Source: Planctomycetales bacterium
Lineage (GTDB): Bacteria; 4484-113
DNA length: 10,944 nucleotides
Direction of reading: 5' to 3'
Assembly: GCA_037445915.1 (NCBI GenBank)
Contig: JBBIJQ010000063.1
Coordinates: forward strand, 1-10,944
The notes beneath the pieces were generated by a model. The model saw nothing but the letters and a program-made list of their open reading frames with translations, did no database searches and had not been told where the DNA came from. Both the position numbers and the translations under genes were made by a program. Each line of letters begins with the position of its first letter. The first letter of the stretch is position 1. This document shows, one piece after another, positions 1-7,934 of this stretch.

Positions 1-2
1 CG

Positions 3-818
3 CGAAAGCTGGTTTTGATACTATCGGCTTCCGGCGGCGTGGACATAGAAGAAGTCGCTGAGAAGACGCCTGAGAAGATTGCAAAAGTCCTTATTGACCC
101 CCTTATTGGGATGCAGGAGTTTCAGCTAACACAGGCAGTTTTCCGCAGCGGCGTTGACGCAAGCAAGGCTAAAGATATCAAGGCGATGATTCGCAAGCTT
201 TATGCGTGTTACATAGCTATTGATGCCAGCCTTACGGAGATAAACCCGCTTGTCATCACCAAGTCCGGTGAAGTTGTCGCGTTGGATGCGAAGATTAACA
301 TTGACGATAATGCGCTCTACCGCCAGCCTGAGTTGGAAAAGCTCATGGAAATAGGCGCGGATATGGATGAAATAGAAGCGGAAGCGCGCCGCAAAGGAAT
401 TGCCTACGTCCATCTGTCCGGCGGCAACATCGGGGTGATGGGCAACGGTGCTGGGCTGGTAATGACAACAATGGATGTCGTTTCGCGCGCTGGCGGCAGA
501 CCGAACAACTTCCTGGATATCGGCGGAGCGGCGACCCCTGATGTCGTGGAAGGCGAGCTTGAACTCATTCTCAAAGACCCTGATGTAGAAGGCATCTTTA
601 TTAATGTATTTGGCGGCATCGTTCGCTGCGATACGGTAGCGGAAGGCATCTTGAAGGCATACGGGAAATTACAGCGCAAAGTGCCCATAGTCCTTCGCAT
701 GACAGGCACAAACGAGGATAAAGCGCGGCAGATGCTTGAAGGGACGCCACTTGTGTATGAACCTAACACGGAGGCCGGCGCGAAAAAGATAGTGGAAATG
801 GTTGGAGGCAAGCACTAA
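3..818 (+). CDS. sucC: Succinate--CoA ligase beta subunit (5' part outside the window)
   Basis: Frame is open from position 3 ([19 protein letters not shown]), so the TTG at 15 is internal. Motifs [47 protein letters not shown]. The stop overlaps the sucD start (TAATG, 816-820). Confidence 0.95.
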   Translation, partial: RKLVLILSASGGVDIEEVAEKTPEKIAKVLIDPLIGMQEFQLTQAVFRSGVDASKAKDIKAMIRKLYACYIAIDASLTEINPLVITKSGEVVALDAKINIDDNALYRQPELEKLMEIGADMDEIEAEARRKGIAYVHLSGGNIGVMGNGAGLVMTTMDVVSRAGGRPNNFLDIGGAATPDVVEGELELILKDPDVEGIFINVFGGIVRCDTVAEGILKAYGKLQRKVPIVLRMTGTNEDKARQMLEGTPLVYEPNTEAGAKKIVEMVGGKH

Positions 819-1708
819 TGGCCATTCTTGCAGATATACACACGAGAGTTCTAATTCAGGGGCTTACCGGCTCCGAAGGCACATTCCATACGCAGCGGAT
901 GATGGACTTCGGAACCAATGTCGTGGCCGGAGTTACTCCGGGCAAAGGCGGTTCAACATGGTCTCCATCAGGCACGGCCTGGCGCGCGCCAGTTTTTCAC
1001 ACAGTTGAAGAAGCTGTTTTGCAGACGGGCGCAGATGCTAGCGTTATTTTTGTGCCGAAGCAGTTTGCGCCGGATGCGATTATGGAAGCTGCTTCTGCTG
1101 GAGTAGGGCTTATAGTCGCTATCAGCGATGGCGTGCCTGTGAATGATATGTTGAAAGTTTACTCCTACATGGATTACACGTTAGCCCGGCTTATTGGCCC
1201 GAATTGCCCCGGTTTGGTTAGCGTTGGTGAGTGCAAGCTTGGCATTATGCCCAACCATATTTTCAAGCCAGGGCCTATCGGGCTCATTTCGCGCAGCGGC
1301 ACGCTAACCTATGAAGTCGTTGACCAGCTTTCAAACGGAGGGCTAGGCCAGACTACCTGCATCGGCATCGGCGGCGACCCCATCATTGGCACAAGCTTCC
1401 TAAGCTTGCTAATGGACTTCGACGCCGATCCGGCGACAGAATGCGTCGTCATCATAGGTGAAATTGGCGGCAGCGACGAAGAAGAGGCCGCCGAGTTTCT
1501 TCCTGAGATGACCAAGCCCGCCGTTGCCTTCATAAGCGGCCGCACCGCCCCTCCCGGCAAGCGCATGGGCCACGCTGGCGCTATCGTCAGCGGCGGCAAA
1601 GGAACCGCTGAAAGCAAGATCACCGCATTCCAAGAAGCGGGTGTGCCGGTGGCTGACACAATCCCCGACATCGTGCGCTTGTGCAAGGAACAGCTGGGGA
1701 TGAAGTAA
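818..1708 (+). CDS. sucD: Succinate--CoA ligase alpha subunit
   Basis: [41 protein letters not shown] and the phospho-His motif MGHAGA. SD-like GGAGG at 804-808. Directly follows sucC. Confidence 0.96.
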   Translation: MAILADIHTRVLIQGLTGSEGTFHTQRMMDFGTNVVAGVTPGKGGSTWSPSGTAWRAPVFHTVEEAVLQTGADASVIFVPKQFAPDAIMEAASAGVGLIVAISDGVPVNDMLKVYSYMDYTLARLIGPNCPGLVSVGECKLGIMPNHIFKPGPIGLISRSGTLTYEVVDQLSNGGLGQTTCIGIGGDPIIGTSFLSLLMDFDADPATECVVIIGEIGGSDEEEAAEFLPEMTKPAVAFISGRTAPPGKRMGHAGAIVSGGKGTAESKITAFQEAGVPVADTIPDIVRLCKEQLGMK

Positions 1709-2529
1709 TGCTTGAAGACTGTGAAAGCTACGAGATACCTGCGATAACCGACATACTAGAGCAAATCGGCGAAGCGGCCGGCTACATCTGGATGCAGCAC
1801 TGGGCTGAAGCCAACGCCGGCAATATCTCGGTAAATGTGACCGGCTGGCTAGCGAGCGAAGAACTGCCGTTGCCAGTGCGAAGCATGGCGCTGCATAAGG
1901 CGTATCCGGCGCTCGCGGGGCATGTCATCCTAACGACCGTCACAGGCTCGCGCATGCGCGACATCGCATACGATACTGCGGACGGCTGCATGCTCCTGCG
2001 TATTGACGGCAGCGGCAAGGCATACAGCGTCCTGGCGGCGTTCAACGCGTCGGGCAGGCCGACTTCCGAGCTTGCGTCGCATCTGTTCATCCACGAGATG
2101 TTGCTAGAAACGAAGAGCACCGCCACTACGATTGTCCATACGCATCCACCGGAGTTGGTCGCGCTGACGCATGTTGCCGAGACAAAGCCGGAAGGGTGGC
2201 TTAACGACGCGCTGTGGGCGGCGCATGCCGAAGTGAAGATATTTTTTCCCGGGGGGGTAGGGCTTGTCCCATACATCATGCCCGGGTCGGAAGCGCTTGC
2301 TGAGGCGACGGTGGAAGCCCTTCGCAGCCATCCAGTCGTCGTGTGGGCGCGCCACGGCGCACTGGCGCTGGGTGAAAATCCGCTGGATGCCTTTGACGCG
2401 CTGGACACGCTCAACAAGGCTGCCAGTATCTGGCTGACTTGCCGCGCCGCCGGCCACGAGCCAACGCCGTTAAGCTCGGCCGAACTTTCAGAGTTGGGAA
2501 GCTACTTGAAGAAGCTCAAGGGCGAATAA
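1708..2529 (+). CDS. rhaD: Class II aldolase, rhamnulose-1-phosphate aldolase-like (273 aa)
   Basis: [10 protein letters not shown] (cf. RhaD WxExNGGN), [15 protein letters not shown] (catalytic Glu), HTH and WARHG (three Zn-binding His). The ATG at 1708 overlaps the sucD stop (TAATG, 1706-1710) and is preferred over the GTG at 1681. The family call is firm; the substrate is not. Confidence 0.8.
   Translation: MLEDCESYEIPAITDILEQIGEAAGYIWMQHWAEANAGNISVNVTGWLASEELPLPVRSMALHKAYPALAGHVILTTVTGSRMRDIAYDTADGCMLLRIDGSGKAYSVLAAFNASGRPTSELASHLFIHEMLLETKSTATTIVHTHPPELVALTHVAETKPEGWLNDALWAAHAEVKIFFPGGVGLVPYIMPGSEALAEATVEALRSHPVVVWARHGALALGENPLDAFDALDTLNKAASIWLTCRAAGHEPTPLSSAELSELGSYLKKLKGE
2255..2262 (+). 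other. KOPS-like octamer GGGTAGGG
   Basis: Matches GGGNAGGG; points towards the dif-like site. Confidence 0.6.
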
Positions 2530-2534
2530 CTTAT

Positions 2535-2605
2535 CTGGGGCGGAAGGATTCGAACCTTCGATGGAGGCTCCAAAGGCCCCTGCCTTACCGCTTGGCTACG
2601 CCCCA
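2535..2605 (-). tRNA. tRNA-Gln(UUG), CCA end not encoded
   Basis: Minus strand reads TGGGGCG TA GCC AAGCGGTAA GGC A GGGGC CT-TTG-GA GCCTC CATC GAAGG TTCGAAT CCTTC CGCCCCA G: a full cloverleaf with anticodon TTG (2571-2573) and a U1-A72 pair, followed by ATA rather than CCA. Confidence 0.96.
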
Positions 2606-2621
2606 AGACACCGATAACTCT

Positions 2622-2627
2622 ATCATA
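2622..2627 (-). promoter_or_regulatory. Possible -10 box for the tRNA gene
   Basis: TATGAT on the minus strand, 16 nt upstream of the mature tRNA 5' end. No convincing -35. Confidence 0.35.
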
Positions 2628-2668
2628 AAGCAAGAGCATCCAAGCTAGTTGGAGATGTAGCGAACTGC

Positions 2669-5074
2669 TTATAACCTGAACAGACGAAGCCTAAGGGAAT
2701 TCCCCACAACCGTTACCGAAGAGAATGCCATTGCCAGTGCGGCGAGCATGGGCTGCATCTGCGGGCCGTTAAAAAGCGTGAGGACACCCGCGGCGATGGG
2801 TATCAGCACGACGTTGTAGGCGAACGCCCAGAACAGGTTCTGGCGGATAACCGCTAGCGTAGCGCGTGAGATGCGGATAGCGCGCACGGCGTCGGCCAGC
2901 GAGTTGCGCAGCAGCACGATGCCCGCCGATTCGATGGCGATGTCAGTGCCGCGGCCAACGGCGATGCCGATGTCAGCTGCAGTCAGCGCCGGCGCGTCGT
3001 TGATGCCATCGCCAATCATCAGCACTCGCTTACCCCGCGCCTTCACTTCGGCGACCTTCGCCGCTTTATCGGCTGGCATCAGCCCGGCGAATACTTCATT
3101 GGCGCGCACTTCCTCAACGATGCGCTGCGCGGAAGCCGCGTTATCGCCTGTAACTATTATGGTGTGCATACCCATTCGCTTCAGATCTGCGATTGCATCC
3201 GGCGAGTCGGCGCGCGTGCGGTCCTCCAGCAGTATCGTACCCAGCAGCTTGCCTGCCCGCGCAACAAATATCTGCGTGCCTGCGGCGACAAAGGGTAGGG
3301 CGATGCCGCGTTCGCTAAGGAACTTCGCGTTTCCTGCGAGAACTTCAACTCCATTATTGACGCCCGATACTCCAAGACCGGCATAGCTCACGAAATCATG
3401 TATGTCGGACTTAGGCAGCTTCAGTTCGGCCGCCTTGCGCACGACAGCCTGCGCGAGCGGATGCCCGGAATTGGCTTCTAATGACGCGGCGATATTAAGC
3501 AAATCATATGCCGTGACGCCTGCTTGTGGGATAGCCTCGCGCACTTCGGGACGTCCCTCAGTGATGACGCCCGTTTTATCCAGCAAGACGACTTCGGCTT
3601 TGCCTGCCATTTCTAGCGCTTCGCCATTGCGCACAAGGATACCGCCCTCCGCCGCTTTGCCGATACCCACTACGAGTGCGGCCGGAGTCGCCAGCCCTAA
3701 CGCGCACGGGCACGAAACAATGAGCACGCTAATGGCGGCGATGACGGCGTGAGACAACGCGGGCGACGGGCCAAACATCATCCAGGCGACGAATGAAAGC
3801 GATGCGATGACCAGCACGACGGGAACAAAAAAGGCAGAGATTGCGTCTGCAAGCCCTTGAATAGGAGCTTTGGACGCCTGCGCTTCCCTGACTAGCGCGA
3901 TGACTTGCGAAAGAACGGTTTCCGAGCCGACTTGCTCCGCCTTGAATGTGAACGCGCCGTAGGTGTTGACGGTGCCGGTTATCACGCGGTCGCCTGGCGC
4001 TTTCTCCACAGGTATCGGCTCGCCGGTGACCATGCTCTCGTCTAGCGCCGAGTTGCCATCAACAAGCGTGCCGTCAGCCGCAATCTTCTCGCCGGGGCGT
4101 ACCACAACGATGTCGCCAACCTCAATCTCTGCTATCGGGATTTCAACTTCCACTCCGTTACGCATTACGCGCGCATTCGGCGGCGCCAGCTTCATAAGCT
4201 TGCGCAAGCTGCCAGATGTCTTCCCTTTCGTCCATTCCTCAATCGTCTTGCCAACGAGGATAAGCGCAATGATTGCCGCGCAGGTCTCAAAGTAGAGCGG
4301 CGATTCACCGTGCACATACATAGAAGCGGGTAGGGTGCCGGGGAATATCAGCGACACGGCGCTGAACCAGAAAGCAGCGCTTGCGCCCAAGCCCACCAGG
4401 GTGTTCATGTCCGCGCGCAGACGGCGCGTGCTCATCACCATTCCGCGCAAGAATGGCCAACCACCGTAGAAGTAGACGGGGATGGTGAGGATAAACTCCA
4501 GCCAGCGCGCCGATGCTGTGTGCACGCCGAAGGCCATTCCGCCCATCGCGATGGCCACAACGCTAGCTGCGAGCACAACGCTAACTGATAGGCGGATAAT
4601 TGCCCTGCGAAACCTCGCTTGTTCCTGGCGCTCAATGTCCTCGGCGCTGTCGCTGACCAGCTTCGCCGAGTATTCTCCCTCGCGCGCCAGCGCTTCGTTG
4701 ATTGCGCGTATGTCCAGCGTCTCGCCAATGATGCTCAGCGAAGCCGTGTTAGTCGCTAGGCTGACGGATGCGTTTATTACCCAGGGAAACGACTCCAGGG
4801 CGTGAGTAACATGCTTTACGCATACGGCGCAGGTCATTCCTATAATGGCGAGGGTTAATGTCTCAACAACCGGCTCGTAACCAGAAGCGCGTATCATTTG
4901 CACGGCTTTAGCAGCATCAAAGTCTTCGGTGATTTCCACAAGCGCCATGCCGTTCACAGGGTCTGCTGTTGCCGATGATACTCCGGCTAATAAGGTGAGC
5001 GTTCCTTCTATGGAACGAGCGCATGCTGCGCAGTCCATGCCCTTAATCGGCACCGTTAACCGGCTGTTGGTCAT
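2669..5074 (-). CDS. copA: Copper-translocating P1B-1 type ATPase
   Basis: Two N-terminal HMA domains (GMDCAAC, GMTCAVC), [41 protein letters not shown] and MAFSS (the Cu+ transmembrane signature). The start overlaps the hflX stop (ATGA, 5071-5074). Confidence 0.92.
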   Translation of the reverse strand: MTNSRLTVPIKGMDCAACARSIEGTLTLLAGVSSATADPVNGMALVEITEDFDAAKAVQMIRASGYEPVVETLTLAIIGMTCAVCVKHVTHALESFPWVINASVSLATNTASLSIIGETLDIRAINEALAREGEYSAKLVSDSAEDIERQEQARFRRAIIRLSVSVVLAASVVAIAMGGMAFGVHTASARWLEFILTIPVYFYGGWPFLRGMVMSTRRLRADMNTLVGLGASAAFWFSAVSLIFPGTLPASMYVHGESPLYFETCAAIIALILVGKTIEEWTKGKTSGSLRKLMKLAPPNARVMRNGVEVEIPIAEIEVGDIVVVRPGEKIAADGTLVDGNSALDESMVTGEPIPVEKAPGDRVITGTVNTYGAFTFKAEQVGSETVLSQVIALVREAQASKAPIQGLADAISAFFVPVVLVIASLSFVAWMMFGPSPALSHAVIAAISVLIVSCPCALGLATPAALVVGIGKAAEGGILVRNGEALEMAGKAEVVLLDKTGVITEGRPEVREAIPQAGVTAYDLLNIAASLEANSGHPLAQAVVRKAAELKLPKSDIHDFVSYAGLGVSGVNNGVEVLAGNAKFLSERGIALPFVAAGTQIFVARAGKLLGTILLEDRTRADSPDAIADLKRMGMHTIIVTGDNAASAQRIVEEVRANEVFAGLMPADKAAKVAEVKARGKRVLMIGDGINDAPALTAADIGIAVGRGTDIAIESAGIVLLRNSLADAVRAIRISRATLAVIRQNLFWAFAYNVVLIPIAAGVLTLFNGPQMQPMLAALAMAFSSVTVVGNSLRLRLFRL
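3293..3300 (+). other. KOPS-like octamer GGGTAGGG
   Basis: Matches GGGNAGGG; points towards the dif-like site. Confidence 0.6.
4328..4335 (+). other. KOPS-like octamer GGGTAGGG
   Basis: Matches GGGNAGGG; points towards the dif-like site. Confidence 0.6.
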
Positions 5075-6267
5075 GAGGTTGATACCGAGATATCAGCAGC
5101 TTTGGCGTAGCGCTTGACAGTCGCAATCAAATCAGCCAGCCCTTTTCCAGTTACCGCGCTGACGAGAACCGAATCAGGAAACTGCTCCCGCAGGGCTATC
5201 AGCGGGCTTTCGTCCCCTATTAAGTCAGCCTTGTTGAATACGACCAGGCGCGGGATGCCGCCAAGCCGGAAGTCTTCAAGTATTTTCGCCCCGCTTTTCA
5301 GCTTGAACTCAACGTTTTCTTGCGACGCGTCAACGACATGCAGGAGCAAGTTGCTATCGGCGACTTCGTCCATTGTCGCGCGGAACGCATTGATGAGAGA
5401 CTTCGGCAGGTCGTCAAGGAAGCCGACTGTGTCGCAAATCACAGCGTTCAAGCCGCTTTCAAGGTATAGATAACGGGCGGCAGGATCCAGCGTTGTAAAG
5501 TAACGCTCCGCTACTTCTTCGCCGCTTTTGGTTAGGGCATTTATCAGAGAGGATTTGCCTGAGTTAGTGTAGCCGATGAGGGTTACGGTAAAGACGCCGC
5601 TGCGGACTCGCTTTCTGCGCCGCAACTCGCGCACGCTTCTTACATGTTCAAGCTCTTGTTCAAGGCGTGTTACCCGCTTGCGGATGCGGTCTTTCGTCAT
5701 ACGCGTTATCTGCTCTCCGCCGCCGCCGCGCGTCCCCATATCGCCACCAGTGCGCGACATGTCTTTGCCAACTCCAATCACGCGCGGCAGTTGATAGCTT
5801 AGGCGCGCCAGCTCCACTTGAAGCCGCCCTTCACTCGTCTTCGCATTCGCCTCAAATATCTCAAAGATGACGTCAGCGCGTGTGAGGATAGGCACTCCCC
5901 AGGCTTCCTCCAAGTTGCGCTGGTGGATGGGAGAGAGCGGCGCGTTTGTCACTACGCTGGAAGGTTCAATGTTCTTGATGGCCGATGCTATCTCTTCTAC
6001 CTGCCCCTTGCCAATAAAAGTGCGCGATGATGGCTTGCGCACGCGGAACTTCATCACGCGGCCGATGGCAAAGTCGCCCGCGATTGTTAGTTCAATGAAA
6101 TCGTAGTCTTCTTGCGGGTTGCGGCCAGATTGGCTGTAACGTTCGGTAAACAGCCCGGTTTGCTCCTCGGTTAGGGTAGGGGGAGGGCATTTCGGGGCTT
6201 GCCTGCGCCGACCCCAATGAGAGGCATCGGAACCATCTACCAGCAATACAAGTGCGAGCTTTTTCAC
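5071..6267 (-). CDS. hflX: Ribosome-splitting GTPase HflX (short form, ends just after the G domain)
   Basis: [45 protein letters not shown]1 GYTNSGKS, G2 FTTLDP, G3 DTVGF, G4 NKAD, G5 SAVTG. GTG start at 6267. Confidence 0.93.
   Translation of the reverse strand: MKKLALVLLVDGSDASHWGRRRQAPKCPPPTLTEEQTGLFTERYSQSGRNPQEDYDFIELTIAGDFAIGRVMKFRVRKPSSRTFIGKGQVEEIASAIKNIEPSSVVTNAPLSPIHQRNLEEAWGVPILTRADVIFEIFEANAKTSEGRLQVELARLSYQLPRVIGVGKDMSRTGGDMGTRGGGGEQITRMTKDRIRKRVTRLEQELEHVRSVRELRRRKRVRSGVFTVTLIGYTNSGKSSLINALTKSGEEVAERYFTTLDPAARYLYLESGLNAVICDTVGFLDDLPKSLINAFRATMDEVADSNLLLHVVDASQENVEFKLKSGAKILEDFRLGGIPRLVVFNKADLIGDESPLIALREQFPDSVLVSAVTGKGLADLIATVKRYAKAADISVSTS
6174..6187 (+). other. Two overlapping KOPS-like octamers (GGGTAGGG 6174-6181, GGGGAGGG 6180-6187)
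   Basis: Both match GGGNAGGG and point towards the dif-like site. Confidence 0.6.
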
Positions 6268-6273
6268 GCTACT

Positions 6274-6279
6274 ATTTTA
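6274..6279 (-). promoter_or_regulatory. Putative -10 box for hflX (leaderless geometry)
   Basis: Minus strand reads TAAAAT-AGTAGC-GTG: 6 nt to the start codon, with no SD. Confidence 0.55.
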
Positions 6280-6303
6280 CGCTAAATTGAAGTGTGGCAT
6301 AAT
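6276..6303 (+). promoter_or_regulatory. Putative sigma70-type promoter for the cupin gene (leaderless geometry)
   Basis: TTTACG (6276-6281), 16-nt spacer, extended -10 TG-G-CATAAT (6295-6303), then 6 nt to the ATG at 6310. Confidence 0.55.
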
Positions 6304-6309
6304 TCGCGA

Positions 6310-6660
6310 ATGTCTAATAACAAAATGCACTTCGTCCCCAAGGGTTGGGGAAGCGAATTATGGATACATAACGACGAGCTTTACTGCGGCAAGAAGCTTG
6401 TGCTGCTAAAAGGCAAGCGCTGCAGCTTGCACTACCACAACCTGAAGACAGAGACGTTTTACGTGCAATCGGGTAGAGTCCGGATGGAGCTGAAGTACCC
6501 CGATGGGACGGCGAATACTATCATTCTTGAAACGGGCGATTCGCTTCACCTACCCCCCGGGACAATTCACCGGTTTACCGGCATTGAGGACGCTGAAATC
6601 TTTGAGTTCTCAACTCAGCATTTTGACGAGGACTCAATCCGCTTGGAGAAGGGCGACTAG
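6310..6660 (+). CDS. Small cupin-domain protein (mannose-6-phosphate isomerase-like cupin fold)
   Basis: N-terminal KGWGSE, cupin motif 1 SLHYHNLKTETFYVQSG, motif 2 GDSLHLPPGTIHRF. ATG 6310 preferred (6325 is an alternative); the GTG at 6292 overlaps the putative promoter. Confidence 0.85.
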   Translation: MSNNKMHFVPKGWGSELWIHNDELYCGKKLVLLKGKRCSLHYHNLKTETFYVQSGRVRMELKYPDGTANTIILETGDSLHLPPGTIHRFTGIEDAEIFEFSTQHFDEDSIRLEKGD

Positions 6661-6662
6661 GG

Positions 6663-7127
6663 CTAATCGCCTGCGCTGAAGTAATCCTGGATAGCGCTTT
6701 CGGCTGACCGCGACATCTCCTCAAACTTCTCGCGCCCGCCTTCCGCTAGCGCTCGCGACATCACCAGTGGAGCACCACCTGCAGTGCGTTGGACCATGGC
6801 GCTTGCGCCAACGGCGGAGATATAAGTCCGGTAAGCCTTGATAGCCTCCAGTGTCTGGAAGCTTGCCTTCTCGGCGAATTCAGCGCTGCTTAACAAAGCA
6901 TCGGCAGTATCCAGCTTTAGCGAAAGCTGAGTGACGCCGGTTGGCATCGCAAGCTCGCGCCGGTTGAACTCAATATCTTCAAGGAGCTTGCGCGCAAGAT
7001 TTGAAGCGTTCGCCTGCGCTTTCGCTTGGCCTTTCCTTTTGCCAGCGGCGGAAGTCAGCACAATGACTTCAACAATCGTTAAGATGACGAGAACGACGAC
7101 GATGACTATGATCAGAGATGTGCTCAC
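6663..7127 (-). CDS. Hypothetical membrane-anchored protein (154 aa)
   Basis: GTG at 7127 with AGGAGGG 7 nt upstream (7135-7141). Strongly hydrophobic N-terminus LIIVIVVVLVILTIVEVIVL followed by GKRKG, then an Ala-rich, helical-looking domain. Family not recognised. Confidence 0.7.
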   Translation of the reverse strand: MSTSLIIVIVVVLVILTIVEVIVLTSAAGKRKGQAKAQANASNLARKLLEDIEFNRRELAMPTGVTQLSLKLDTADALLSSAEFAEKASFQTLEAIKAYRTYISAVGASAMVQRTAGGAPLVMSRALAEGGREKFEEMSRSAESAIQDYFSAGD

Positions 7128-7151
7128 GGTTATTCCCTCCTGGGCGCTCAT

Positions 7152-7181
7152 ATAATACACGATGGAGTGGGGTTGCTTGAA
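7152..7181 (-). promoter_or_regulatory. Possible promoter for the membrane protein gene
   Basis: Minus strand TTCAAG (7181-7176), 18 nt, TATTAT (7157-7152), just upstream of the SD. Confidence 0.4.
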
Positions 7182-7205
7182 CTACTAGCGATTGTGCGGG
7201 ACAAT
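7177..7205 (+). promoter_or_regulatory. Putative promoter for the lipoprotein gene (leaderless geometry)
   Basis: TTGAAC (7177-7182), 17 nt, GACAAT (7200-7205), then 6 nt to the ATG at 7212. Confidence 0.45.
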
Positions 7206-7211
7206 GAGACC

Positions 7212-7784
7212 ATGTTACTTAGAGCAACAGCGACGGTTATCCTTGTTGGGTTTGTTCTCGTTTCTATGGGATGCGCTTCTAAGGCGCGGAAAGAGGCCGA
7301 ATTTCTCCAGGCTGCCTTAAAGCAGGATGCAAAAGGCCCTGTTGAAACGAAGATTTCCTACGGCACAAGCACGGCGGGCATAGCTATACAAACGGTAACT
7401 ATATCGTTTTTAATAGACATAGGGGTTTTGACCTACCGCGACACGGTGAACGCGTTATTCCTAAGCCGGGGATATACACAGGCGATGAATTTATCTACAC
7501 CAAACGAGTTCAGTATCGCCTACGGCGGTTTGGATGGCAAAATATACGTGGAAATCCTGGCTGAAGTTGCATTACCGTCGGCCGCTGAAATGACACAACT
7601 GCCAGAAGAAGATATGCCTAAAGAGCCATCTAAAGACGCTCACGATGCGCCTACAATGCCTCCTAGCGATGCTAAACCGCCTATTAGCATAAATGGTATT
7701 GGGGCGCGTAACAAAAAGGAAAAGGATACTAAGCCTAAAGATCCGAAGAACATTCATCGGGTCACAATCAAGATTAGCTACTAG
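7212..7784 (+). CDS. Hypothetical exported protein, probable lipoprotein (190 aa)
   Basis: Starting from ATG 7212: MLLRATATVILVGFVLVSMG-C, a signal peptide with a lipobox-like Cys21. Pro/Lys/Asp-rich low-complexity stretch near the C-terminus. Family not recognised. Confidence 0.65.
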   Translation: MLLRATATVILVGFVLVSMGCASKARKEAEFLQAALKQDAKGPVETKISYGTSTAGIAIQTVTISFLIDIGVLTYRDTVNALFLSRGYTQAMNLSTPNEFSIAYGGLDGKIYVEILAEVALPSAAEMTQLPEEDMPKEPSKDAHDAPTMPPSDAKPPISINGIGARNKKEKDTKPKDPKNIHRVTIKISY

Positions 7785-7906
7785 TGCAAAGAGAATTAGC
7801 CACCTGATAACCCGATAATGGAATTATCACTACATTCAAGGCTACTTTAGCATTAGCCTGCTTTGTAACCCCGTTAGATTTAGGGATTTAGCATCGCACA
7901 ATCATT

Positions 7907-7934
7907 ATGTAACATAATAAGTATTATGCGACTT
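7907..7934 (-). other. dif-like XerCD recombination site
   Basis: Minus strand AAGTCGCATAA-TACTTA-TTATGTTACAT versus E. coli dif GGTGCGCATAA-TGTATA-TTATGTTAAAT: 11-6-11 layout, XerD arm 10/11, inner 7 nt of the XerC arm identical. Lies in an AT-rich gap between convergent genes, and KOPS polarity differs on its two sides. Confidence 0.88.

Noticed and set aside
2530..2560. tRNA 3' end as an integration site for an island or prophage
   Set aside because: No duplicate of the tRNA 3' end and no integrase were seen, and core metabolic genes abut the tRNA directly.
2439..2648. 69-aa + strand ORF (LGRKDSNLRWRLQRPLPYRLATPQ)
   Set aside because: It is largely the antisense translation of the tRNA-Gln gene.
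126..6106. Many 60-211 aa alternative-frame or antisense ORFs within sucCD, the aldolase, copA and hflX
   Set aside because: They overlap well-supported genes, have Ser/Pro/Arg-rich shadow composition and show no recognisable domains.
7167..7211. ORF-track starts at 7167 (+) and 7160 (-), and likewise 15, 1681, 6292 and 10903
   Set aside because: Better starts are indicated by the signal peptide, SD, overlap or promoter geometry (7212, 7127, 1708, 6310). Positions 15 and 10903 are internal codons of genes cut by the window edges.
7806..7829. GATAAC..GATAAT-GGA-ATTATC, resembling a Fur box
   Set aside because: Spacing is 6-3-6 rather than 7-1-7, and it lies between two gene ends with no promoter to regulate.
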